The position numbers and the translations under genes were made by a program. Positions 27,546 to 37,544 of a stretch of DNA of 64,000 nt are shown one piece after another (the first letter of the stretch is position 1; each line of letters starts with the position of its first letter). The notes below the pieces were generated by a model. That model made no database searches, had not been told where the DNA came from, and saw only the letters and a list, made by a program, of their open reading frames with translations. The DNA is from Candidatus Zhuqueibacterota bacterium (GTDB lineage: Bacteria > Zhuqueibacterota > Zhuqueibacteria > Thermofontimicrobiales > Thermofontimicrobiaceae): contig JBMOPW010000010.1 of NCBI GenBank assembly GCA_049322915.1, forward strand, positions 64,001 through 128,000, given 5' to 3'.

Positions 27546-28601
27546 ATGCAGTTATTCGGCAAAGACTGGACGCGTCGCGAGATTGAAGCGAGGGTGGGGC
27601 GGATGGAACAACTGGGCGGCGTCCGTCGCATGCAACTCACAGAGGGACCTGAAGCCGGCGTCGAGATCATTCAGGTGAGCACCGGCGCCGGACTGACGTA
27701 CTATGTGTCGCCATCGCGCGGACTCGATATTTCGCTGGCCAAATTCAGAGATGTGCCCATTAGCTGGAAGTCGCCCAATGGGGACGTGGCCCCGGCCTTT
27801 TACAATGCCGGTGAACTGGAATGGTTACGCACGGCTGCCGGGGGTTTGTTGATGACCTGTGGGCTCAGTCAGGTGGGTTCTCCCAATGAAGATGGGGGCG
27901 AAAAGCTGGGGCTGCACGGGCGAATCCATCACACGCCGGCGCGTCACGTTTCCGCCGGAGCGAACTGGCGTGATGATGATTATGAACTGCGCGTCTCCGG
28001 CATGGCGGAGGAGACGAAAATTTTTGGCGACTGCCTGCGGCTCACCCGCTCGCTGATCAGCCGAATGGGGGAGAATCGCATCGAAATCCACGATGAGGTC
28101 GAGAATGTGGGCTTTCGTTCCGCGCCGCACATGATGTTGTACCACTTCAATTTTGGCTTTCCATTGCTGATGGAGGAAACGCGGATCAAATTCCCTTCAG
28201 CAAAGGTGACGCCGCGGGAAGAAACAACCCCGCTGGCCGGGTTTGATCAGTGGCAGGCGCCGACCATCGATTACCAGGAACGGGTCTATTATCACACTGT
28301 AATTTCGTCCCGGAACCACATCGCCTCGGTCGAAATCACCAATCCGATTTTTCCTCTCGGTAGCGGCAATGGCGCCACGGCGCTGTGCGTCCGCATTTCG
28401 TGGAATACGGAGCAATTGCCGCGGCTCGTGCAGTGGAAAATGCCGGGCGCCGGCGTGCATGTTCTGGGCATTGAACCAGCCAATTGCTGGGTAGAAGGTC
28501 GCGCTGTGGAACGCCAAAGAGGCACACTGGTGCAGTTAAATCCGGGGGAAAAGAAATTTTATGATCTGGAAATTGAAATACTGGATGTTTCAGAAAGCTG
28601 A
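27546..28601 (+). CDS. aldose 1-epimerase-family protein (DUF4432-like)
   Basis: RGLDI, GGLLMTCGL..VG.P, GLHGRI, MMLYHFNFGFPL, VLGIEP. Confidence 0.85.
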   Translation: MQLFGKDWTRREIEARVGRMEQLGGVRRMQLTEGPEAGVEIIQVSTGAGLTYYVSPSRGLDISLAKFRDVPISWKSPNGDVAPAFYNAGELEWLRTAAGGLLMTCGLSQVGSPNEDGGEKLGLHGRIHHTPARHVSAGANWRDDDYELRVSGMAEETKIFGDCLRLTRSLISRMGENRIEIHDEVENVGFRSAPHMMLYHFNFGFPLLMEETRIKFPSAKVTPREETTPLAGFDQWQAPTIDYQERVYYHTVISSRNHIASVEITNPIFPLGSGNGATALCVRISWNTEQLPRLVQWKMPGAGVHVLGIEPANCWVEGRAVERQRGTLVQLNPGEKKFYDLEIEILDVSES

Positions 28602-28624
28602 CTGCGGAGAATGTGAGGCCTGAA

Positions 28625-29107
28625 TCAGGAATCGAGTATCGTTCTGACAAGCGCTGTCAATTGGGGAATATCGAATGGCTTCTGGATGAAGGCAGTGGCG
28701 CTGGTAATAATGGAATTTTCACTCGTCTGGCGCGGCAGCTCGCTGCCGGAGATCAGCAGCACCTTTACCGATGGATTCATCTGTTTCATGCGTCTGAGAG
28801 TTTCGGCGCCGTCCATTTTTGGGAGGTTCATGTCCAGGATGACCAGGTCAATGCGGGAGTTCAACTGCCGGAACATCTCGTAGCCATCGATGCCATTCTC
28901 GGCGCTGAATATGGTATAGCCAATCCGCTCGAAGATAGATTTCTCAAGCTGAAGCAGCATTTCTTCGTCTTCGATGATGAGAATGCTTTCGGCCCCGGGT
29001 TTGTTGGGTCTCGCGGTCGACAATTGTTCCTCCCGAATCGGTTCAATGGAAGAACTGTCTGTCTGGCGCGAAGTCTGGCGCTTCTTTTTTTTGAATGACT
29101 GGCTCAC
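28625..29107 (-). CDS. single-domain response regulator (receiver)
   Basis: ILIIEDE, DLVILDMNLPKMDG, LISG, FIQKPF. Confidence 0.85.
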   Translation of the reverse strand: MSQSFKKKKRQTSRQTDSSSIEPIREEQLSTARPNKPGAESILIIEDEEMLLQLEKSIFERIGYTIFSAENGIDGYEMFRQLNSRIDLVILDMNLPKMDGAETLRRMKQMNPSVKVLLISGSELPRQTSENSIITSATAFIQKPFDIPQLTALVRTILDS

Positions 29108-29790
29108 GTTGGTGTTGGCCTTTTTTCATTTTTCATGACATGCCTGCCGGAATATCTGCACGAGGCCGGCAAGGGGCAGTTATGAAGGTGTTGAACGCAT
29201 TGAACGTGAATTTTTTTTAGTATTTAAAACGTCTCGTTTTGGAGGGCAGAATAGAATTCCTACTTCTGATTTCGGTGAAGCAATTATTCGAATCATGAAT
29301 TGCATTGCAAACCAGGAACGATGAATGATTGTGATAGAAACTGCATCACTAAAATAATTCTGTTAAATCAATTTAGCAACAGATATTTGTATTATTGCAA
29401 AAAGTTCATCGGTCGGACGGCTCTGTCTGTCTGGCGAGTCTGTCTGCGGCACGGCAAACGCGCACTGCAAACAGGATTGACGCGCGCCTAAAAGAGAAAC
29501 TCGATCTGGCTGGCTGATCCATTCCGGTGTCAGCGAACAGTCGTCCGAAAATTGCGGTGGCTATGACGGCATTCCGATGAATTGATAAAACCGGTCGTCG
29601 CCTATTTTTATCATAGAAATGTATGGCAGGAGTTGATGGAACAGCCGTTCGTACCGTCAATTTCATCCACATTCATGAACGGCGGACAATTATTTTCATC
29701 CGTGTATTGCATTAAATCCGGGAGTCCCCGGAATATTTATAGATCGCACGCAAAGCAGCGTGTAACATTTACCACAAGGGAGTCCATGTA

Positions 29791-31920
29791 ATGAAAATAG
29801 AAAAAGAGATAATGGCGTTATTGCAGCAAAATTCGATTCAGGGGTATAAACCCAAGCATCTGGCCAAGTTGCTGAAAATCTCCAGCGAGGACTATCCTGC
29901 TTTCAAACGAAAATTGAAAAAGATGGTCGCCGATGGCACGATTTACCGATACAAAAAAGGCCGATTCGGCGTTGGACAGCAGAACATTGAAATTGTTGGC
30001 AAGCTGCATGTGAAAACCCAGGGGTACGGTTTCCTGATCACCGAAGAAAAAAGGGATGACATTTTCATCAGTCAACGGAATATGGGAACCGCTTTTCATG
30101 GTGATAGCGTCAAAGTGGAGCTGTATGCCCGGTCCGAGGGAAAAAGCCAGGAGGGGCGCGTCGTTGAAATCATCGAGCGCGCGAGGAAAAACATCGTTGG
30201 CACTTTCCAATCGGGAAAATACTGGGGCACAGTCATCCCTGATAATTCGAAAATGCTCCGGGATATTTATATCGCACCTGACGATAAAATGAACGCGCGG
30301 ACGGGGCAGAAGGTTGTCGTCAGCCACATTGAGTGGGAGGATGAACAGGAAAATCCCACCGGGAAAATCGTGGAAATATTGGGTGATCCCGAAGCCGCCG
30401 GCGTTGATATCCTCTCGGTCATTCGTTCGTTTGATATGACGGAGAAATTTACTGCCCGCGTGCTGAATGAGGCGGAGAAGGTCTCCGCGACTATCCCGGA
30501 GAAGGAAATCGCTCGACGACTCGATTGGCGAAAGGAGGTGACATTCACCATCGACCCTGTCGATGCCAAAGATTTCGATGATGCTGTTTCGCTGAAGCGG
30601 CTGGAGAATAACAATTATTTGTTGGGCGTTCACATCGCGGACGTGAGCTATTACGTGAGAGAAGGAAACGTTGTCGATGGCGAGGCCAGGAATCGCGGCA
30701 CTTCGGTGTATCTGGTGGATCGGGTGATTCCGATGCTGCCGGAACAGATTTCCAACAACATCTGCTCGCTCCGACCCAATGAGGATCGGCTGGTCTACTC
30801 CGTGCTCATCGAATTGACGCCGTCTGCTGATGTTGTCAATTACGAGATTCACGAAGCGGTCATCCACAGCGTCCGGCGATTCACCTACGAGGAAGTGCAG
30901 GAAATAGTCGATGGCTCGAAGAGCGATGACCCCTATCGGGAGATCATTGCTCAGATGTTCAAATTGAGCAAAGCGTTGATTAAAAAACGGACGGCCCGCG
31001 GCTGTCTTGATTTCAGTAGCCATGAAGTCCGATTCATTCTGGACGAAGATGGCAAGCCCAAAGAAATCAGAAAACTGGTTCAATTGGATAGCCATCGCAT
31101 TATCGAAGAGTTCATGGTTATGGCCAATTCGCTTGTCGCGAAACACATTGCCACGATCATCAGCGAGCAGGTTGGGTATGAGCCACCGTTCCCTTACCGC
31201 ATCCATGAACGGCCTGGCGCTGAAAAGCTCCAGGATTACGTGAAATTCACCCAGGCGTTGGGCCTGGAATTTCAGACGAAAAAACGGGTCACGCCGACAA
31301 TGTTTCAGCGACTTCTCCATTCCATCGACGCTGATGATCCCCGAAAAAGCCTGGTGGAGACTGTCACGGTTCGCACGATGATGAAAGCGAAGTACTGCGC
31401 GAAAAATGAGGGTCACTTTGGATTGGCGCTGAAATATTATTGTCATTTCACCTCGCCGATTCGTCGCTACCCGGATCTCATCGCGCATCGGTTGCTCAAA
31501 ATGTATCTCCAGAAGCCAATTCAACCGCCAGTGAAAAAGACCATGCTTGACAAAATGTGCAGCCATGCCACCGACCGGGAAGTGAACGCCCTCGAGGCGG
31601 AGCGCGCTTCAATTAAAGTGAAACAATTGGAATTCATGGAAGAGCGGGTTGGGGAAACCTATCCCGGCGTTATTTCCGGCATCACGTCGTTCGGAATATT
31701 TGTGGAAATCAGCGAGTTTTTAATCGAAGGTATGGTTCATATTACCAATCTGCGCGATGATTATTACATCCATGAGGTGGACCGTTATCGCCTGATCGGA
31801 CAGAACACTCGAAAAATATATCAACTGGGCGACCGCGTCCAGGTCCGCGTCATGCTGGTCAACCCGGAAGAGCGGTTCATTGATTTTGATCTGGTGGAGT
31901 CGAATCGGCGGGCGAGATAG
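29791..31920 (+). CDS. rnr: ribonuclease R
   Basis: TIDPVDAKDFDDA, RGTSVYL, IEEFM, HFTSPIRRYPDL, C-terminal S1 domain. Confidence 0.96.
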   Translation: MKIEKEIMALLQQNSIQGYKPKHLAKLLKISSEDYPAFKRKLKKMVADGTIYRYKKGRFGVGQQNIEIVGKLHVKTQGYGFLITEEKRDDIFISQRNMGTAFHGDSVKVELYARSEGKSQEGRVVEIIERARKNIVGTFQSGKYWGTVIPDNSKMLRDIYIAPDDKMNARTGQKVVVSHIEWEDEQENPTGKIVEILGDPEAAGVDILSVIRSFDMTEKFTARVLNEAEKVSATIPEKEIARRLDWRKEVTFTIDPVDAKDFDDAVSLKRLENNNYLLGVHIADVSYYVREGNVVDGEARNRGTSVYLVDRVIPMLPEQISNNICSLRPNEDRLVYSVLIELTPSADVVNYEIHEAVIHSVRRFTYEEVQEIVDGSKSDDPYREIIAQMFKLSKALIKKRTARGCLDFSSHEVRFILDEDGKPKEIRKLVQLDSHRIIEEFMVMANSLVAKHIATIISEQVGYEPPFPYRIHERPGAEKLQDYVKFTQALGLEFQTKKRVTPTMFQRLLHSIDADDPRKSLVETVTVRTMMKAKYCAKNEGHFGLALKYYCHFTSPIRRYPDLIAHRLLKMYLQKPIQPPVKKTMLDKMCSHATDREVNALEAERASIKVKQLEFMEERVGETYPGVISGITSFGIFVEISEFLIEGMVHITNLRDDYYIHEVDRYRLIGQNTRKIYQLGDRVQVRVMLVNPEERFIDFDLVESNRRAR

Positions 31921-31923
31921 CTA

Positions 31924-31952
31924 TTGACAATCAGTCGAAAAGTGATTATATT
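31924..31952 (+). promoter_or_regulatory. near-consensus sigma-70 promoter just after the rnr stop codon
   Basis: TTGACA-17 nt-TATATT. Confidence 0.65.
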
Positions 31953-32167
31953 CAGCCCGCAAAAATGATGCGCCTGGCAAATGGCGGATCGTTGAAAGCG
32001 CCATTCATGCAATGGATCCGCGATTACCGATGCGCCAGCTCTTTTGGTAGCGAGCGCACATGTTCACAGGCCATTGTTCATTGAAACAGCGCGCTCGATT
32101 TCATGCGCAGATAGAGAGCGCCGGATGACGAGGTCCATTCACGAAACGGCTTCGCGCCTGATAAAAA

Positions 32168-32210
32168 CAAAAACGGAACACATCCCAGACTGAGGATATA
32201 TTCCGTTTTG
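32168..32210. terminator. probable bidirectional intrinsic terminator between rnr and hup
   Basis: AAAACGGAA-CACATCC ... GGATATA-TTCCGTTTT hairpin with A/T tails on both sides. Confidence 0.65.
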
Positions 32211-32238
32211 GTCTCTTTAAAGCACAACGAAATCAAAC

Positions 32239-32514
32239 TTATTTCACAGCATCTTTTAAAACTTTGCTGGCCGTAAATTTGGGACGTTTCGTTGAAGGAA
32301 TCTGAATCTTCTTTCCTGTCTGCAAATTTACACCAGTGCGGGCAGCGTAGGATTGCACTTTGAACGTGCCGAATCCCTGGAACGTGAAGGAATCTCCTTT
32401 GGCCAACGCATGTTTGATTCCGGCAAATACTGCATCGATCGCTTCGCCAGCAACTTTTTTAGATGGAATACCATCAAGGCCAGCTACTTTATCGATAAGT
32501 TCAGCTTTAGTCAT
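32239..32514 (-). CDS. hup: HU family DNA-binding protein
   Basis: MTKAELID...GFGTF...ARTGVN.QTG..IQIP...PKF. Confidence 0.92.
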   Translation of the reverse strand: MTKAELIDKVAGLDGIPSKKVAGEAIDAVFAGIKHALAKGDSFTFQGFGTFKVQSYAARTGVNLQTGKKIQIPSTKRPKFTASKVLKDAVK

Positions 32515-32830
32515 GTTAAAAGCCTCCTCTGTTAATAGTTGTGTAACAGGAATGATTAGGGTTTGTTTGCTATAAAATTTTGTTAATATTAATAAAATTT
32601 ATCGTGAATGTCAACAAAAAATTTACACGAATTTGTTTTAGAAAAAAAATTAACAACAATTCCAAAAAAGTAATATTCCATCGATAGAAAAAGTTGCGGG
32701 TGATGATCTCCCTTAACATGTTAGAAAATAGGCAATAAACAGGATTGATTTTCGGGGTGTTGCATCGGTGAAGAATAGTCCATTTCTATCCCCCAAAAAA
32801 ACGTGAGATAAAAAAAAGTGAGGATCGGCC

Positions 32831-33052
32831 ATGCTAATTGATAAAGTAATCGATGAATTGAATAATATCCGCCCGTTTCTTCAGGAAGATGGGGGCGACG
32901 TCGAATTCGTGGAGCTGAAAGACAGGACGGTTTTCGTCAGATTGACTGGCACGTGTGGTTCCTGCCCTTTCTCCGAATCGACTTTGCGGATGCGGATTGA
33001 GAAATCGCTGCTGGAGGCAATTCCGGAAATTGAACATGTTCAATCAGTTTAG
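32831..33052 (+). CDS. nfuA: NifU C-terminal (Nfu-type) Fe-S carrier
   Basis: IRPFLQEDGGDVEFV...LTGTCGSCP.S..TL. Confidence 0.85.
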   Translation: MLIDKVIDELNNIRPFLQEDGGDVEFVELKDRTVFVRLTGTCGSCPFSESTLRMRIEKSLLEAIPEIEHVQSV

Positions 33053-33164
33053 ATGATGCAGATTGAGAAGCGTTTCAGATAATTGAATTCGTGCCAGCCA
33101 TGAGCACGGTTTGAGTTGCTTTGTGTGAACATAGAAAAACTTTAAACCAGGAGGAGCAGTTAGA

Positions 33165-33611
33165 ATGAGTCAGGCATATTCGAGTAAGGTGATGGATCAT
33201 TTTGCCAATCCGAGAAATGTGGGAGAAATTGAAGATGCCGATGGAGTCGGTTATGTGGGAAATCCTGTGTGCGGCGATGTCATGCAAATGTTTATAAAAA
33301 TAAAAGATGGTGTGATTATTGAGGCGAAGTTTAAAACATTCGGTTGCGGCGCAGCCATTGCCACGAGCAGCATGGCGACCGAATTGATCAAAGGCAAGAA
33401 AATCGAAGATGCCCTCAAACTGACAAACAAGACAGTGACCGAAGCGTTGGGCGGCTTGCCAAAGGTAAAAATGCATTGTTCCGTTCTGGCTGAAGAGGCG
33501 CTTAAAAATGCGCTGGCTGATTACTTTCATAAGAATGGATTGCCTTCTCCATTACCGTTAACCACGCACAGCGCGGACGACGACAATCATCACTCCCATG
33601 AAAACGAGTGA
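33165..33611 (+). CDS. iscU: IscU/NifU N-terminal Fe-S cluster scaffold
   Basis: YSSKVMDHFANPRNVG, NPVCGD, FKTFGCGAAIATSS, LPKVKMHCS; His-rich tail. Confidence 0.92.
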   Translation: MSQAYSSKVMDHFANPRNVGEIEDADGVGYVGNPVCGDVMQMFIKIKDGVIIEAKFKTFGCGAAIATSSMATELIKGKKIEDALKLTNKTVTEALGGLPKVKMHCSVLAEEALKNALADYFHKNGLPSPLPLTTHSADDDNHHSHENE

Positions 33612-34005
33612 GTGATGATCGTGAATATAAACCATATCGCGTTTCATGGAAATCTCCTGGGTTCCCCCCGATTGAATGATGAACCAATGCCTAAAATTGA
33701 TACTGCACGGACGCAGGAAAGGGGCGATGGCTGGTTGCGCCGGTGATTTGCTTCGCTGGTGCGACGCCACCCGATTTGCAGGCAGTCTACTCCCATCCCA
33801 AAGCGATGCCGATGGCTATCGACAATTGTACTCGTTGGTAACTTGACACAACTCGACTCTCGCAGGCCATGAAAATACATGGTGCTGTTCAAAAACTACG
33901 AAAAAAAGTTTTTTTTATCAACTGAAACTTTCAGTGAATTAAATCATACAATATCATAACTTCAATTTTTAATTAAAGTAATATTAATATCATGACAGGA
34001 AATCT

Positions 34006-34335
34006 ATGAAAAAGATTGCGTACATCGTCAGCAAAGATAGTACAGCAGAATTACTGGAAGAAAGCATACTGGCTCCGCTGCTCAGCAAGGAACAGGCATG
34101 GCCAGTCAAAGGGGTGTTTTTTATCGGTGACGGGGTGTATCATTTGGTCAAGGGAAGTCGGACAGCGAAGATAATTTTTTCATTGTTGGACAATGATGAC
34201 GTGGAAATTTATGCATGCAGAATGTCTCTCAAGAACCGTAAACTTCTGAATATCATTTCAAAAAAAGTGAAAGCTGTCAGTTTGAATGACTTCTACAAAA
34301 TGATGTCCGATGTTGATCATATCATAAGCTTTTAA
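34006..34335 (+). CDS. DsrE/TusD-like sulfur-carrier family protein
   Basis: VFFIGDGVY...IYACRMSLKNR with the conserved Cys; DHIISF C-terminus. Confidence 0.75.
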   Translation: MKKIAYIVSKDSTAELLEESILAPLLSKEQAWPVKGVFFIGDGVYHLVKGSRTAKIIFSLLDNDDVEIYACRMSLKNRKLLNIISKKVKAVSLNDFYKMMSDVDHIISF

Positions 34336-34573
34336 TCCTGATGTTGTAAGCGGATCGTTCGATTTGTTGTCGAGAAGTCATTCCACTCAATTTTGTACTG
34401 CGCTATTTTTCTGTTACCTGCTCAGGGAAAAAAGAAATTACCCATTGATTTTTCCACTCGAATTCCATTGTATTGCCGATGATTTCAAATTTAACTCACA
34501 AAATGGTCATTGCTCATAAAAATCGGCATATCTAACATATTATAAAAATTTATTGTAATCTATAAAAAAGTCG

Positions 34574-34602
34574 TTGACATTTTACTGTTGATTTTGTATT
34601 AT
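34574..34602 (+). promoter_or_regulatory. sigma-70-type promoter
   Basis: TTGACA-17 nt-TATTAT, about 300 nt upstream of the MBL hydrolase gene. Confidence 0.6.
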
Positions 34603-34901
34603 GAATAATAATTAACGCTTTAATAAAGCTTATATTACAACAGACGATTTTTTGTAGGTGATTATTCATTAGTAAGTTCAGTGAATTAATTCAATGCGAC
34701 TGATATTTGGGTGTTATTCGCTCCAATTCAATTGTGACAGTCGACACAATGAAAATCTCTGAATTCGTTAAATTAATGGCCGTAGATCAGATTCACGGAA
34801 TTCAGGGAGGCATATCACTTTTTTATTTATCTGAACTTTGATTTTAAGTATTCATCGAAAGATAGTCGATGAATATTTCGAATAATGGGGAGGCATAGAG
34901 T

Positions 34902-35744
34902 ATGGAACTAAGATTCTGGGGCACACGAGGTTCTATTCCTTCTCCCGGGCCGGAAACAGTCAGATATGGCGGAAATACAACGTGTGTGGAACTCATTTTA
35001 GATGATGGCACTCTCATTGTTTTCGATGCCGGTACGGGGATTCGTGGACTTGGGGATAGTCTGATAAAGCAGAAGCGAAACGGGGTCATCCATTTATTTC
35101 TAACGCATTCACATTGGGATCATATTCAAGGCTTTCCGTTTTTTGCGCCTGCGTATACAGGAGATACTGAACTGAAAATTTTCGGTTGCCCTCCTACCTA
35201 TAATAAACTGCGGGAAATTTTGACCAACCAGATGGAATCCAAATTCTTTCCTGTGAATTTCGAACAATTGAACGCGAAGATCAGTTTTCAGGAAATTTGT
35301 AATGGTGAACATCCTATTGGTGACGCCAGATTTTCTTTCATCCGAAACAACCACCCCGGAGTGGCATACGGTTTTCGAATTGAAGAAAAAGGTAAATCCA
35401 TCGTATTCATAACAGACAACGAATTGAAACCGCCGAATAGCGCTAATACGCCCTGGCACGAATTTGTAGCATTTTGCAGGCATGCCGACCTGTTGGTGCA
35501 TGACGCTCATTACCGGCAGGTAGAGATGTCCGAGACTGCCGGCTTTGGTCATTCTTCCTACGAACAAGCGTTCAGCCTGGGCATTGAAGCTGAAACGAAG
35601 CACCTCATCTTTTTTCATCACCGGCCAGAGAGAAGCGATGATGAAATCGACACGATCATTGAAAGTTACGAACGGCAGTTGGCACTGATGCATATCGATA
35701 TGAAACTCGACGCAGCGACTGAGGGTTTAAGTTATAAAATCTAA
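34902..35744 (+). CDS. MBL-fold metallo-hydrolase (PhnP / cyclic-nucleotide phosphodiesterase-like)
   Basis: FWGTRGSIP.PG...YGGNTTC, DAGTG, THSHWDHIQGFPFF, HPG, TDNE, GHSS, FHH.P. Confidence 0.88.
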   Translation: MELRFWGTRGSIPSPGPETVRYGGNTTCVELILDDGTLIVFDAGTGIRGLGDSLIKQKRNGVIHLFLTHSHWDHIQGFPFFAPAYTGDTELKIFGCPPTYNKLREILTNQMESKFFPVNFEQLNAKISFQEICNGEHPIGDARFSFIRNNHPGVAYGFRIEEKGKSIVFITDNELKPPNSANTPWHEFVAFCRHADLLVHDAHYRQVEMSETAGFGHSSYEQAFSLGIEAETKHLIFFHHRPERSDDEIDTIIESYERQLALMHIDMKLDAATEGLSYKI

Positions 35745-35785
35745 TCTTCACAGTGAGTCTGGATACTTAATTGTGGAGGCAGAGA

Positions 35786-36271
35786 ATGATAACGAGGTTT
35801 TCCGGCAAAGAAATAATCGAAATGGCAATTCGTATTGAAGTGAAAGACCAGGAATTTTATAAAGGGCTGGAAGAACGGGCGACGACTCATGATTTGAAGC
35901 AGCTCTATCATTGGCTCGCTATTGAAGAGGAGAAGCATATTCATGTCTTTGAAAAAATGAAGCAATTTGTTGAGCGTATTGAACTGCGCAATCCTCAGGA
36001 ATGGCAGGAGGCCATGCTTTATTTTGACGCGCTGATCCGGACCAGAGTATTTGCAGAGACCCCTGATGCAAATTCGCTGATTAATGAATTGAAGGACGAT
36101 ATTGGCGCTATTCAAATTGCAATCAGTTTTGAAAAGGATAGTATTTTGTTTTTCCAGGAAATGAATACGCTGGTTGACGACAGAGAAAAAGATATCATCG
36201 AGAAACTCATTATCGAAGAGAAAGGCCATATTCTGAAGCTGCTGAAAATGATGCAGCATGTCACGGCCTGA
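35786..36271 (+). CDS. ferritin-like / rubrerythrin-family di-iron protein
   Basis: Twice-repeated A..E...FY...EE.KH motif (AIRIE...EEEKH; AISFE...EEKGH). Confidence 0.85.
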   Translation: MITRFSGKEIIEMAIRIEVKDQEFYKGLEERATTHDLKQLYHWLAIEEEKHIHVFEKMKQFVERIELRNPQEWQEAMLYFDALIRTRVFAETPDANSLINELKDDIGAIQIAISFEKDSILFFQEMNTLVDDREKDIIEKLIIEEKGHILKLLKMMQHVTA

Positions 36272-36683
36272 AAGCAGTAGAAGTCGTTGCCGGTAACGGT
36301 GTGCTCCGACAGGAACACAGTGGCTGCAGGTGATGGATGTTCCTGAGATGTTCCTGATGAAGCGATACAAATTCATATCCTAAATCCATGTCAACTTTCG
36401 GAATTGATGATGAAATGAATGAACGTACCTAAATTGTGAGGTGCTTGTTTTCAAAAATTAAATGACATCCATCCTACCTGTTTCGCATCTTTGACTCTTC
36501 ATCGAGCGTAGAATGAACGTGTTACGTTCAAAAATCAGACAATCTATAATCCAGCGAGCATATTGTGTGTTTCAGAGTTTGCATCAATCCTTGTTGCCTG
36601 CATGAAAATGCACGCGCATCAGAGTTGTGGTCAACTATAGATTGTTCCTTCTCTCCAATCTTCTCAATCGAAAAGGGCGCGCC

Positions 36684-37544
36684 ATGAAAAATAAATTTCG
36701 TTCAAATAGCGTAAGTACTGTCCTGTCAAAATACCTGCACGACATTCAGCGGATCCCCATGATCTCCATGAAGGAAGAAGTGCAACTGGCCCATGATATT
36801 CGAAAAGGGGACAAAAAGGCGCTGGCCAGACTGGTGAATGCCAATTTGAAATTTGTCGTTTTTATTGCCAGAGAATATCAGGACAGAGGTTTGCCGTTGG
36901 ATGAATTGATCAGCGAAGGGAATCTCGGACTTCTCGAAGCGGCCAAGCGGTTCGATGTTGATCGTGGGATTAAATTCATCTCCTACGCCGTGTGGTGGAT
37001 CCGACAATCCATTTTGCGGGCATTGGCCAACCATTCGCGGCTGGTGCGATTGCCCGTCAACCACATCTGGGCGTTACAAAAAGTGGCTGCCACCATTGAA
37101 ATTCTTGAACAGGATTTGGGTCGGTCTCCGGAATTGGAAGAAGTCGCAGAGAAGATGAATGTCACGACGCGAACATTGTCAAAAAATATGATGTATTGGG
37201 GACGCGAGCTTTCTTTAGAGGATTCCACTCGGCCGACGGATGAAAGTCTGGCGTTGATCGAGAAGCTGAGCAGCGACGAGTTTGCCGCTCCATCCAGCGG
37301 GCTGATCGAAGAATCCATGAAGACTGAAATTAAACTGGCGTTGGAGTCGCTGACTAAAACTGAAGCGGAAGTGATTCGATTGTACTTTGGAATCGAGAAC
37401 GATCGTACAATGACTCTGCTCGAAATTGGGAGCGAGATGAATTTGAGTCGGGAGAGGATCAGGCAGATCAAAAATAAAGCGCTACGCAAACTGCGATACC
37501 TTCATCGTCGCGAAAATCTCAGACCGTATCTGGACAGATCTTGA
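36684..37544 (+). CDS. RpoD/SigA-family sigma-70 factor (group 2-like, lacking region 1.1)
   Basis: ANLKFVV.IA..Y, LISEGNLGL, KFISYAVWWIRQSI, RLVRLP, TL.EIG...LSRERIRQI. Confidence 0.92.
   Translation: MKNKFRSNSVSTVLSKYLHDIQRIPMISMKEEVQLAHDIRKGDKKALARLVNANLKFVVFIAREYQDRGLPLDELISEGNLGLLEAAKRFDVDRGIKFISYAVWWIRQSILRALANHSRLVRLPVNHIWALQKVAATIEILEQDLGRSPELEEVAEKMNVTTRTLSKNMMYWGRELSLEDSTRPTDESLALIEKLSSDEFAAPSSGLIEESMKTEIKLALESLTKTEAEVIRLYFGIENDRTMTLLEIGSEMNLSRERIRQIKNKALRKLRYLHRRENLRPYLDRS

Noticed and set aside
29818..31566. 582-aa antisense ORF opposite rnr, and similar long shadow ORFs (3450-4742, 10806-11735, 11875-13032, 39284-40216, 44097-45293)
   Set aside because: They overlap well-supported genes on the opposite strand and have no recognisable motifs; this is expected from codon bias at this GC content.
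32120..32150. Hammerhead-like CGGATGA...CGAAAC
   Set aside because: The core deviates from CUGANGA and stem II cannot close properly.
34006..34335. DsrE protein as part of a selenium-dependent (SAO-type) or Dsr system
   Set aside because: No accompanying sao/dsr genes or in-frame UGA selenoprotein candidates were seen in the window.
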